Origin: Phycisphaerales bacterium
GTDB lineage: Bacteria; Planctomycetota; Phycisphaerae; WQYP01
Length of the DNA: 47,172 bases
Assembly (NCBI GenBank): GCA_027366125.1
Contig: DAHXKZ010000216.1
Coordinates: forward strand, 1 to 47,172
Reading direction: 5' to 3'
Part shown: one piece after another, positions 10,137 through 20,200 of the stretch
Numbering within the stretch: position 1 is the first letter of the stretch
Layout of the letters: each line of letters opens with the position of its first letter
Translations under genes and position numbers: made by a program
Notes under the pieces: generated by a model
Seen by the model: the letters and a program-made list of their open reading frames with translations, nothing else
What the model was told of the DNA's origin: nothing
The model's database searches: none

Positions 10137-12878
10137 ATGCGATCGATCAAGGGTTCTGCGAAAAATCGGGTCATTGGCGCCCGCGTGCGGCGGTCTTTGA
10201 CCGCGGGCGTTCTGGCGGCGTGCGCCGTTACCGCCGCCGCCGCCAACCGCGCCGCGGCGGGGCCGGGCCACCGGGTCCTCCACAAAACTGCCACGGACCG
10301 GATTATTAATCCGGTTGGCGCAGTGGCCCTGACGCCGAATTTTGCGATTGATGTTGTGAGCGCCGGCGGGCGGGTGGTGGTGGAAGCGGCGGGCGCCGGA
10401 TTGCGTCAAACGCTCACGGTGATCAATGCACGGAATCTTGCGGAAGAAACCCAACTGGGCTTTTTAAAAAATAAGCCCAAACGTTGGAACATTCTGGCGG
10501 GCATTTCAAAGCAGAGTCTTTTTCAGGGGCTGGCGGCGGGGCGACGCGGGATGGTCTACGCCGCCGGCGGCATCTCCGACGATGTGGTGGCGCTGCGTCT
10601 GGCGCGCGGCGGCGGGCTAAAATTAATTCGCAAATATGCCTTGGCGTTTCAGAATTTCCCCAAAACCCAGTATCCGTACCAATATCAGGGCCAGCGTGGC
10701 GCGGCGGATTTTTATCCTGATTCTGTCGCGGTAGGACAACGCGGCGCCCACCTGTTTGCCACGGGCCTGTTAAGCAACAGCGTGGCGCGCATTAATCTCC
10801 ATACGGGCCATACGGTCTATTGCAACGCCGGCGCCATGCCTTTTCAGGTGGTTGCCGCCGACCATGGCCGGCGGCTGGTGGTTAGCGATTGGGGCGGCGA
10901 TGGCGTAACGGTCATTAACGCGCGCACGATGAAGTGGCTGCATTCCATTAGAATTGGCCCGCGCACCGGACCAAGGAATACCCTGCCCGGCGTGCAACCC
11001 ACCGCATTGGCGGCGGTTGGCAATTCAGCGCAGGTGTGGGTGGCCTGCGCCAATGCTGATGTTCTTTCCGAGATCAATTGCAAAACCATGACAGTTCTCC
11101 GCACGGCCACGGACCGACCATACCGCAATGCCCCGCCGGGAACATTTCCCGACGCGCTGGCGGTGGCCGATGGAAAAGTGTTTGCGGCGAATGCCGGCAA
11201 CGACGATGTAGCAGTGTTTAATGCCCGCACCGGCGACGCCCAGGGATTAATTCCCACCGGTTGGTATCCAACAAATTTATGCGTGTATAAACAATCGCTG
11301 TATATTGCGTCCGCGAAAGGGTTGGGATCAGCGGCGAACCCGCAACGGCAGTGGATTGGCAATTCCATGGCCGGTTGCGTGCAGCGCGTGCCGCTGCATC
11401 AGTTGTCGCGCCATCTGGCTGCCTGGACGCGCATCGCATTGGCGGATAACGGCTTTTCAAAGGCCCAGCGCACCACACTGGCGCGCGAAAATGCGGCCGC
11501 CATTAAAGTTGTGCGTCGCCATATAAAATATGTTGTCTTTATTTTGCGCGAAAATAAAACCTTTGACGAGGAACTTGGGGCGTACAAACCGGCGGGCAGC
11601 TGGGCGGACCCCAAGCTGGATTTATACAACCGCACCGAACTGCCAAATCTTTACGCCCTGGCCGATCGATTCGGATTGTGCGTCAACTTTTACATGGATG
11701 GCGAAGTCACGGCGCAGGGGCATCAATGGACAACCTCCGCTGAGGATTCCGATTACGTGCAGCGCACCTGGCCCATGTATTATTCCAGCCGCGGGATAGC
11801 GCCAAACCCTGGGTGGTCGCAAAATTTGGCGGGGCAGGCCTTTCAAACCGGCACTGGCTTTAACGGAGTGGACGACCCCTTTTCTGATTACACCAACCTG
11901 CGGCGCCTGGGCGATTGGTCCAACCCGTGGATATCCTATCCCGGCGGCATGTTTATTTTTAATGATCTGCTGGCCCGTCACCGATCATTCATGGATTTTG
12001 GAGAATTTGTATCGCGCAATCAGGCCGGGCAGATCAGCCCCGCCATGGCCCAACATCTGGGAAAATCTTTTCCGGGCTGGAACCGCTTTATTCTGGATAC
12101 CCAGCGCGCGGACGTTGTGCATCAGTTTATTAAAGCCCACCGGAATAATCTTCCAAAATTCATGTACATGTGGTTGCCGGATGACCATACGGCGGGGCGC
12201 ACGCCGGGCTACTACACGCCGCAGTATTATGTGGCAAACAATGACCTGGCCACGGGGCGAATTGTTGCCGAACTTAGCCGCACGCCAGAATGGAAGCACA
12301 TGGCGATTTTCATCACTGAAGATGACGCGCAATCCGGGGCGGATCATATTGACGCCCACCGTTCTTTCGCCGTTGTCGCAAGCCCGTGGGTGAAGCCCGG
12401 AAAACTTATTACGCAGCGGTATTCCCAGGTGAATTTGCTGCGCACCATAGAGGCCATCACGAATGTGCCGCCCATGTCGCAGTGGGACGCCAATGCGCGG
12501 GTGCTTTCGGGCATATGGACCACCAAGCCCAATTTCGCGCCGTATGATGTGCAGCCGATTCGCGTGCCCATGAAGGTGAATCCGGGCAAACTTTGGCCGG
12601 GAGAGCAGTTGCGCCGCCGCGCCGGAAAAACCGGCCACTGGCTTTCTCCGCATTGGCTGAAAATGCACCGTGTGGCGGCGCGAGCGAAAAAGCCGCGATT
12701 CACGCCCACGCAACTCATGAAAGTCCCCGGCCCAGAGCAGATGCGCCAGGAATGGATCGCGGTGAAAGGAAAACGGTCATATTTGCAGGTGATGGCCTAT
12801 CTGCGGCGGCTGGGAAAATTGCAGCACCAACCATTAACCCATTACATCGCCAGCGATAATGGGGATGTGAGCCGGTAA
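10137..12878 (+). CDS. secreted beta-propeller (YncE/lactonase-like) fused to a phosphoesterase/alkaline-phosphatase-superfamily domain, paralog 1
   Basis: I chose the ATG at 10137 because GGGAGG lies 7 nt upstream and a signal-like MRSIKGS...AACAVTAAAANRAAA follows. C-terminal half motifs are YVVFILRENKTFDE, WLPDDHTAG and ITEDDAQSGADHIDAHRS. Confidence 0.82.
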   Translation: MRSIKGSAKNRVIGARVRRSLTAGVLAACAVTAAAANRAAAGPGHRVLHKTATDRIINPVGAVALTPNFAIDVVSAGGRVVVEAAGAGLRQTLTVINARNLAEETQLGFLKNKPKRWNILAGISKQSLFQGLAAGRRGMVYAAGGISDDVVALRLARGGGLKLIRKYALAFQNFPKTQYPYQYQGQRGAADFYPDSVAVGQRGAHLFATGLLSNSVARINLHTGHTVYCNAGAMPFQVVAADHGRRLVVSDWGGDGVTVINARTMKWLHSIRIGPRTGPRNTLPGVQPTALAAVGNSAQVWVACANADVLSEINCKTMTVLRTATDRPYRNAPPGTFPDALAVADGKVFAANAGNDDVAVFNARTGDAQGLIPTGWYPTNLCVYKQSLYIASAKGLGSAANPQRQWIGNSMAGCVQRVPLHQLSRHLAAWTRIALADNGFSKAQRTTLARENAAAIKVVRRHIKYVVFILRENKTFDEELGAYKPAGSWADPKLDLYNRTELPNLYALADRFGLCVNFYMDGEVTAQGHQWTTSAEDSDYVQRTWPMYYSSRGIAPNPGWSQNLAGQAFQTGTGFNGVDDPFSDYTNLRRLGDWSNPWISYPGGMFIFNDLLARHRSFMDFGEFVSRNQAGQISPAMAQHLGKSFPGWNRFILDTQRADVVHQFIKAHRNNLPKFMYMWLPDDHTAGRTPGYYTPQYYVANNDLATGRIVAELSRTPEWKHMAIFITEDDAQSGADHIDAHRSFAVVASPWVKPGKLITQRYSQVNLLRTIEAITNVPPMSQWDANARVLSGIWTTKPNFAPYDVQPIRVPMKVNPGKLWPGEQLRRRAGKTGHWLSPHWLKMHRVAARAKKPRFTPTQLMKVPGPEQMRQEWIAVKGKRSYLQVMAYLRRLGKLQHQPLTHYIASDNGDVSR

Positions 12879-13135
12879 AGCCCGTATCTTGAGAATTCGC
12901 GAAAAATGGCTTGGGCTATTTTTTGCGCGGCCGAATAACATAACTCCACCTCCCTTGGAAGGCGTCGGGCATGCACCGGTCTGGCCGCGGGTCCGCGCCT
13001 TAGCGCAATGCTCACGAGCAATTATCGAAAACATGACCATTTCCTAATAACACCATTACAATCACCGTGGAAGATTTGGCAGGTGCGTCGGCCAACGCGG
13101 GCGCCGAGATGCAAGCTTAATCACGGAGGTGTCCC

Positions 13136-15967
13136 ATGCGCATGCCAAAGAATCGTCGAACTGCCGGTTTTTCTTCGGACCGCCATCCGCACGTATCGAC
13201 AATTGCGTCGCGACGCGTCGCGACGCAGACGCTGCTGGCCGCCGTAGCGTGCGCGATTCTCGCGGCATCGGCGCCGTGCGCGTTTGCGACCGGCGTTCAT
13301 AAAACGTCCACCGGCCGTGTGATCAGTCCTGTCGGCACAGTGGCCATGACGCCCAATTTTGCCGTGGGGGTTGCGGGCGCTGAGGGACATGTGGTGGTGG
13401 AAGCGGCCGGAGCGGCCTTTCGTCACACGCTGACCGTAATGGACGCAAACGATCTTCGTGAGCAGGGCCAACTGGGTTTTTTGAAGAGCAAGCCGTGGCA
13501 TGGCAGCGTGGCGGCGGGGCTTTCGAAGCAAAGCCTTTTTCAGGGGCTGGCATCCGGGCCCAACGGCAAGATCTATGCCGCCGGCGGCGTTTCCAATAAT
13601 GTGCTGGCGCTACAAATAGGACCGACGGGCTCGCTGAAACTGGTGCGCCAATATTCCCTGACATTTCAGCCGTTCGCCAAAACGCAGTATCCATACCAAT
13701 ACCAAGGGGAGCGGCCGGCGGAAAAGAAGCAAACAGGCCCGGCTTCGCCAGGGCAAATTATCCCCCATGCCAGTGACGGCGCCAAGGGCGGACCGGATTT
13801 TTACCCTGATTCCGTTGCGCTTGGCGCCCGCGGGCTGCACCTGTATGCCACGGGTTTGTTATGCAACAGTTTGGCTCGCATCAATCTCAAGACCGGTCGC
13901 ACACGGTACGCCAACGCCGGCGCCATGCCTTTCCAGGTGATTACGGCCGACCACGGCCGGCGGCTGGTGGTCAGCGATTGGGCCGCCAACGGCGTGACGA
14001 TTTTTGACGCCCAAAACATGAAGCGTCTTGGTTTTATTAACATTGCCGCGCCGACGGGGCCAAAAAACCGCCTGCCGGGCGTGCATCCCACGGCGCTGGC
14101 GGCGGTGGGCGCATCGGCGCGCGTTTGGATTGCCTGTGCCAACACCGACACGCTGACGGAAGTTGATTCCAAAAGCTTGACGATATGCAAGGCCACCATC
14201 GACCAACCGTATCGCGGGGCTCCCCCCGGATCGTTTCCGGACGCGCTGGCGGTGGCGGACGGCAAAATATTTGCGGGCAACGCCGGCAATGACGATGTCG
14301 CGGTATTTGACGCGACCACGGGCCGGCCCGAAGGTTTAATTCCCACCGGCTGGTATCCCACCAGCTTATGCGCATATCGCGGGGCGATTTACGCGGTGTC
14401 AGCTAAGGGCCTGGGATCAACACCGGATAAAAAGCATCAGTGGATCGGCGCCTCCATGCCGGGATGCATGCAGCGAATTGCCCTGCGCCAGCTTGCGCAA
14501 AGGCTGCCGGCGTGGACGCACACCGCTCTGGAAAATGATGGCTTCACGCCGGCGCAACGAAGCAAGCTGGCCGGCGAAAACGCGGCCGCAACGCGATTTA
14601 TTCGCCAGCATATCCATTATGCGGTGTTTATACTACGGGAAAACAAGACGTTTGATGAAAATTTTGGGGCCTATAAACCAGCAGGGAGCTGGGCGGACAC
14701 CAGGCTGGATTTATACAACCGGACCGAACTGCCAAACCTGTACGCCCTGGCCGGTCGGTTCGGATTGTGCGTAAACTTCTACATGGATGGAGAAGTCACG
14801 GCACAGGGACATCAATGGACAACGGCCGCCGAAGACTCGGATTACGTGCAGCGCACCTGGCCCATGTATTATTCCAACCGCGGAATCGGGCCAAATCCAG
14901 GCTGGACCCAAACGCTGGACGACCGGACCTTCCACGCGAAAACCGGCTTTCGCGGCACCGACAATCCCTTTTCCGATTATTCCAATCTCAAACGGCTGGG
15001 GCACTGGTCCAATCCGTGGGTTTCCTATCCCGGTGGAATGTTTATTTTTAATGACCTGCTGGAAAATCACGTTTCCTTCATGGACTTTGGAGAATTTGTT
15101 TCACGCGATCAGGCCGGCCAGATCAGCCCGTCCATGGCGAAACACTTGGACCAACACTTTGCCGGCTGGAATCGCTTTGTCCTGGACACCGACCGGGCGA
15201 ACGTGGTACGGCGGTTTATCAAGGCTCACCCGCGCAATCTGCCGCATTTTATGTACATCTGGCTGCCGGATGACCACACCGCCGGCCGCACGCCGGGCTA
15301 TTACACGCCGCAATATTATGTCGCAAACAACGACCTGGCCACGGGGCGGATTGTGGCCGAACTCAGCCGCACGCCGCAGTGGAAGCACATGGCAATTTTT
15401 ATTACCGAAGACGATGCCCAATCCGGGGCGGATCATATTGACGCACACCGGTCATTTGCGGTGGTCGTGAGCCCTTGGATCAAGCCGGGAAAGCTGATCA
15501 AGCGCCGTTATTCCCAGGTGAGCCTGATGCGCACGATGGAAGCCATCACCAACGTGCCGCCGATGTCGCAATGGGATGCCAATGCCCGCGTGTTAAGCGG
15601 AATCTGGACGCGCCATCCCAACTTTGCGCCGTACAACGTGCAGCCCATCCGGGTGCCCGTGAAAGTGAATCCGGGCAAGCTTTGGCCTGGAGAAAAACTT
15701 CGACGCGAGGCTGGAAAGACCGGGCGCTGGCTGTCGCCGCAATGGCTGCAACGGCATGCCGGCGCGGTAAACGCCATTAAGAAATTAGACTTCACGCCCA
15801 CGCAACTCATGAAAGTGCCCGGCCCGGAACAGATGCGCCAAGAGTGGATGGCAGTAAAGGGAAAGGCGGCATACTTGCGCCTGATGGCCTATCTGCGGCG
15901 GCTGGCAAAATCGCAGCACCAGCCATTAACCCATTACATCGCCAGTGATAATGGGGATGGTGGTTAA
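13136..15967 (+). CDS. secreted beta-propeller/phosphoesterase fusion, paralog 2
   Basis: GGAGG at 13125-13129 precedes the ATG. The protein is collinear with 10137..12878 over its full length and carries the same motifs (YAVFILRENKTFDE, ITEDDAQSGADHIDAHRS). The C-terminal tail is nearly identical (QHQPLTHYIASDNGD). Confidence 0.82.
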   Translation: MRMPKNRRTAGFSSDRHPHVSTIASRRVATQTLLAAVACAILAASAPCAFATGVHKTSTGRVISPVGTVAMTPNFAVGVAGAEGHVVVEAAGAAFRHTLTVMDANDLREQGQLGFLKSKPWHGSVAAGLSKQSLFQGLASGPNGKIYAAGGVSNNVLALQIGPTGSLKLVRQYSLTFQPFAKTQYPYQYQGERPAEKKQTGPASPGQIIPHASDGAKGGPDFYPDSVALGARGLHLYATGLLCNSLARINLKTGRTRYANAGAMPFQVITADHGRRLVVSDWAANGVTIFDAQNMKRLGFINIAAPTGPKNRLPGVHPTALAAVGASARVWIACANTDTLTEVDSKSLTICKATIDQPYRGAPPGSFPDALAVADGKIFAGNAGNDDVAVFDATTGRPEGLIPTGWYPTSLCAYRGAIYAVSAKGLGSTPDKKHQWIGASMPGCMQRIALRQLAQRLPAWTHTALENDGFTPAQRSKLAGENAAATRFIRQHIHYAVFILRENKTFDENFGAYKPAGSWADTRLDLYNRTELPNLYALAGRFGLCVNFYMDGEVTAQGHQWTTAAEDSDYVQRTWPMYYSNRGIGPNPGWTQTLDDRTFHAKTGFRGTDNPFSDYSNLKRLGHWSNPWVSYPGGMFIFNDLLENHVSFMDFGEFVSRDQAGQISPSMAKHLDQHFAGWNRFVLDTDRANVVRRFIKAHPRNLPHFMYIWLPDDHTAGRTPGYYTPQYYVANNDLATGRIVAELSRTPQWKHMAIFITEDDAQSGADHIDAHRSFAVVVSPWIKPGKLIKRRYSQVSLMRTMEAITNVPPMSQWDANARVLSGIWTRHPNFAPYNVQPIRVPVKVNPGKLWPGEKLRREAGKTGRWLSPQWLQRHAGAVNAIKKLDFTPTQLMKVPGPEQMRQEWMAVKGKAAYLRLMAYLRRLAKSQHQPLTHYIASDNGDGG

Positions 15968-16220
15968 TTATTTTGTAAGTATCGACCTTGATGCGCCGCG
16001 GCCCCGCGCGGCGGCGGGGCGCCAAGAAAGCTTCCGCTGCTCAGCGGGGGGACGTGTTATCCACAGATCGCCCAGAGTGTGCCGTCGGATGACGCAGGTT
16101 AATGACGTGGGAGGATGATGCGCGACGGAACAGGCGTTGTCGCCGCAGCCCCGTGGTGGAAATCCGGGCCACATTCCCTTGGCGCCGGAATCCTTTGTGC
16201 TGCCGGGGCAAAGTGCCCGC

Positions 16221-16261
16221 GAAAAGGAGGCGCCCCGCGGGAGGGTAATCCGCGGGGCGCC
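16221..16261 (-). terminator. intrinsic terminator downstream of the small PEP-CTERM gene
   Basis: A perfect 12-bp stem, GGCGCCCCGCGG (16229-16240) pairing with CCGCGGGGCGCC (16250-16261), has a 9-nt loop. On the minus strand it is followed by a T-tract (CTCCTTTTCGCG). Confidence 0.6.
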
Positions 16262-16303
16262 GGTCCACGAGTCTTAAATTGTCATTACAAGATGAGGGGC
16301 CCA

Positions 16304-16939
16304 TCAGGCAAACCACTTCGGTTTCCGCCGATAGTCCGTCAGCAGGAACAGCGACAGGACGCCCAGGGCCGAAACCAGGGTGGCGGGTTCCGGAACGGCG
16401 ACGCCTGACGAAATGAACACAACATCAGGCTCAATCCCCACGCCGTGGCTGGCATCAATTTGATTTCCATTGTTGTCAAACATGAGGTATTGCAGGTCTT
16501 GCGCGCCCGCGGTGTTGAATATATTGCCCAGGTCGATGTAGTGCTGGCCGGAAGCAGCGTCGACCAACAAACTGCCGTATCCCGGGCCGTTGGCAAGCGT
16601 GGCCTCGGAAATGCTTGTAGGCTTGTCCGCGTAAGAGCTGAAGCCGTCAGTGGAAAATTGGCTTCCGACGGAGTTGAGTTTGGCGGGGATGAGGTTTCCG
16701 CCGGCTGAGTCGAACTCATAACTCGACAGGGACGCCGTGTTTCCCAGTACGATCCGCACGTCGCCGGTGTTCAAAAATGCCTCGACGATGCCGTTATCGC
16801 CGGTGACGGTCGGCGGGCTGGTCACCACAGCCGCGCCGGCAGCGCCGCCGCCAGCTAAAGCAAATCCGAGGGCCGCGAGAAGCAGGGCTCCCGGTCGCCT
16901 GATTCGGCGGACGATCCGGGGTATGGGGCGCGTTTTCAT
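16304..16939 (-). CDS. PEP-CTERM sorting-domain protein (small)
   Basis: I chose the start at 16939 because GAGGAG lies upstream and a signal sequence MKTRPIPRIVRRIRRPGALLLAALGFALAGG follows. The C-terminus VPEPATLVSALGVLSLFLLTDYRRK has the PEP motif, a TM helix and a basic tail. Confidence 0.8.
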   Translation of the reverse strand: MKTRPIPRIVRRIRRPGALLLAALGFALAGGGAAGAAVVTSPPTVTGDNGIVEAFLNTGDVRIVLGNTASLSSYEFDSAGGNLIPAKLNSVGSQFSTDGFSSYADKPTSISEATLANGPGYGSLLVDAASGQHYIDLGNIFNTAGAQDLQYLMFDNNGNQIDASHGVGIEPDVVFISSGVAVPEPATLVSALGVLSLFLLTDYRRKPKWFA

Positions 16940-17133
16940 GGAAATCTCCTCAAAGGGAACGACGACTCGCGGCGCGGGGCAGAGGCTCCACGCAAAAGCG
17001 CAGGTCACAGGAGGAGCATACCCCATGATTGTTATGAAAATAGTTGCCGTGGGTGAAGTTTTTATGAGGTTTCCCCGGGGATTCCCGGCGACGGCCGCGC
17101 CGGGCGGTCGAACCCGCGGCGCACGGTCCGCGC

Positions 17134-17174
17134 AAAAAGGAGGGCGCCCCGCGGGAGGGTAATCGCGAGGCGCC
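17134..17174 (-). terminator. intrinsic terminator downstream of the large PEP-CTERM gene
   Basis: The stem GGCGCCCCGCG / CGCGAGGCGCC has one mismatch and is followed on the minus strand by TTTTT. About 50 nt are nearly identical to the 16221-16261 element. Confidence 0.5.
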
Positions 17175-17203
17175 GGTCCGGGGGATTTAGTTGTTAAGCC
17201 AAC

Positions 17204-20200
17204 TTAGCAGGCCCGCTTCCGGCGGCGGCTGACCAAGGCGACGCCGCCGATGGCCAGCAGGCCCAGGGTGGCCGGCTCGGGAATCGTGCCGCCGATGTAA
17301 ATGGCCGGCTGCCCGGCGCCTGTGGTGCCATCAATTTCATTACCGGCATTGTCAAAGGCCAGGTAGCTTAAATCCCGCGTGCCGTGGACATTGAAGATGT
17401 TGCCAAAGTCAATGTAGTATTGACCGTTCGCACCCGGGGTCGTCTGGCTGGCGGTGGGACCATTTCCAAGCGTGGCTTCTGAGATGCTCTTCGCCTTGTC
17501 CGCATAGGAGCTAAAGCCATCACCAGAGAATTGCGACGCCAGCGAGTGCAGGTTCGCCGTGACAAGGCTGCCGCTGGCCGAATCAATTTCATAGCTGGAA
17601 AGTGAGGCGGTACTTCCCAGCATCAGCCGCACATCCCCAGTGCTGGTGTTGACCACCAGGCTGCTGGTATCGGTATTGGCCGCGGATGTGGTTTGCACCG
17701 AAGAACGCAGCGTTGCCAGAGCTTGTGAGGGCGTTTGGCCAAAGTTCTGCCGGATAACGTTCACGTCGCTGACGTTGACGGTTCCGCTGCCAGTGACGGC
17801 CCCCTGGCTCCATGTGGCATTGGTGAGGCCAAAATTGGTGCGAATGATGTTTACGTCCGAAACATTGACATGACCATCATTATTAACATCGCCGGCAAAG
17901 CGCTGTTCAACGGCAAATTGACCCGTGTGATTCACCACCGCCCAGACCGTGTGATTGATCGTGTCCACACCGTAGGCGCCCAGTTGATTTTCGGCAGCAC
18001 TGGAAGGAATAAATGCGCCGCTAAATTCCATCGGCGTGCCGGAACTGTTGCCGGAAATGGAGGAGGCAAAGCGACTGCCGTTGTACCACGCCAGCACCGG
18101 GCTGTTGGCCGCGCCGTTGATGACCCTGGGGTTGTAGCTCATTTGCACGACATAATTGTCGCCACTTTGGCCACTGGAATTGGCGTTAAACCCGCTGAGG
18201 CCCGCAACATCGCTGCGCACCTGAAGCGTGGTGGGGGGCGTGGCGGCAAAGTTTACGCCCACGGTATTGCGGCTGCTGGCAGTTCCGCCGAGGAAACTTA
18301 CCGTGGTTTGCTGGCTGCCGGTATCGCTTGCCGAACGGGTAATGCTGTACCCGCCGTAGCTTTGATTGGCAAGAATATCCGCCGTATTGGGCGTGCCGGC
18401 GATGCCGACATTGCCCGTGACGGTGGTGGCCAGTGCGAAGGTGTTGTTGGCGCCAAGGTCGGCGCCGGTGGTGCTGGTTCCGGCCAAGGCGGTGGAATCA
18501 ACGGAGTTTTGCATCGGCTGCGTGCCGTTGCGCAGGCCCACCCCGGTCAAAGAAGCGTAGTACGTTCCGTTAAGCGGATTTGCGGCGCTGAAATTGGCGG
18601 CGACGACGTTTGGGTTGGTGGCGCCGTCGTTATTCGCCAAAATGTGGGTGCCCGCGACAAAGCCCGTATCCATAATCCAGCCGGTTTGGGTGTTGGCGGC
18701 ATCCAGACTGCCGGGATTCACGACCACGGCGTAATCGCGCAGGCCGCCATTGGCGGAAAACACGGTGGTGGAATTCGGAACGTCTGTTGCGCCGACACTG
18801 GAATTGGCGTCCGGAGCGGCGTTCACCAAAACGCCCGTGCCGTTGGTGGTGGCGGTGGCCGCAATGCTCGCGGCTTGGTACACATCGCCAATGACATAGA
18901 TGGAACCATTGGGGTTGTTTGGCGCCCCAGTGGCGGCGTCATTCTGCGTCAAGGCGAAGTTGGCCCCGCCAATGTAGTAGGCCGCTTCGTTGTAGGCCCC
19001 GCCCACGTTGCCGCCGGGCACCGTATAGGCAAAGTTGCGAGTCGCGGTATTGGCTGTGGGATTGCTATTAAACTGAACATCGGTGGAACCCGCGGCCATC
19101 GTGACATAACTGGTATCACCCTGCGGCGCGGAGAAAAGATTGCCCTTGCCGCTCGTGGGGGCGTTGATAGTTGTGTTGGCGGCCAAGGTGACGGTGGTTA
19201 AGTAGGTGGAGGAGAAGTCGCCGGCGTTGTTGGGGCTGTTGGTGGTGGTGAGGGTATCGGATTTCGTGGCCGAGCCGCCGACCAGCACGTTGCCGAAATC
19301 GATGCCGTTCTGGCCTTCCACGTTGCCAATCTGCCGGTTCTGCACGACATCAGCCGCAGTGAATTTTATCTGTGCGGTGGCATCGTTGGCATTGCTGTTA
19401 TTTTGCACGGTAAGACCGGCGGTGGCGGAACTCCCGGCCGCCACGTTCGCGGTGTTGAACACCGCGCTGATGGCAGTGGCGGCGCCGCCCGCAAGGGGAT
19501 TGGTTCCGGCCACGCCGCTGGCGGAGGCGCCGTTGGCGTCGACCGTCGGATTGTCGTTGAGGTAGTACCGCGCCGTGGCGCCGCTGGCGCCGGCATTGGA
19601 GAGGTTGACCGATTGGGTGATGCCGGTTCCCTGGACCACACGTCCATAATCAAATTCCACGGCTTTGTTGGTGTTGATGTTGGCGTTGCTGGCGCTGATG
19701 TTCAACACGCTGGAGTTTGAAGCGGTGGTGGTCGTGGCGCCGGAAATTTGAATTTGCGGCGGGACCAGTTGGATTTGACCGCCGCCCGCGGAGGTCAGGG
19801 CGGAGGTATTGGTTCCATTAAAATCGGCGGAGACAAAATTATCAGCGGCGCTGCCGGCGCCAGGCGTCATGATCACGCGCACATCCTGGCCGCTGTTGGC
19901 CTGCTGCTGAAGGTACGAAGCGGCCGCCCCGGAAAGCGAAAGGCTCAGGTCATCTGTTCCAGCCGTTGAATTATTAATGGTGTTTCCCGCGGTGCTGTAG
20001 GTGTAGGGCGTGCCAGCGGTGGAAGGATTGCTGCCGCCGGATCCGGCGTAGGCGCCGGTTCCCAAATAATACAAAGTTCCGTTGCTGTCGCCGGTCAGGG
20101 AACCAAGCTGATTTTGCAGGCCTTCATTGGGGGCGGTGGGGCTGGGGCTGCTGGAAGGCGTGTAAGCGATGATGTTGGAAAGGGGCGCGGTGTTGGTGGT

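Noticed and set aside
17735-19201. A 488-aa + strand ORF, plus many other long antisense ORFs (for example 4210..5025, 6336..7058, 9096..9842, 11985..12713, 39853..40761, 40864..41691, 46045..46596).
   Set aside because: Each lies entirely antisense to a longer ORF with clear family motifs. They have Gly/Ala/Arg/His-biased composition typical of spurious frames in GC-rich DNA and lack RBS/start context.
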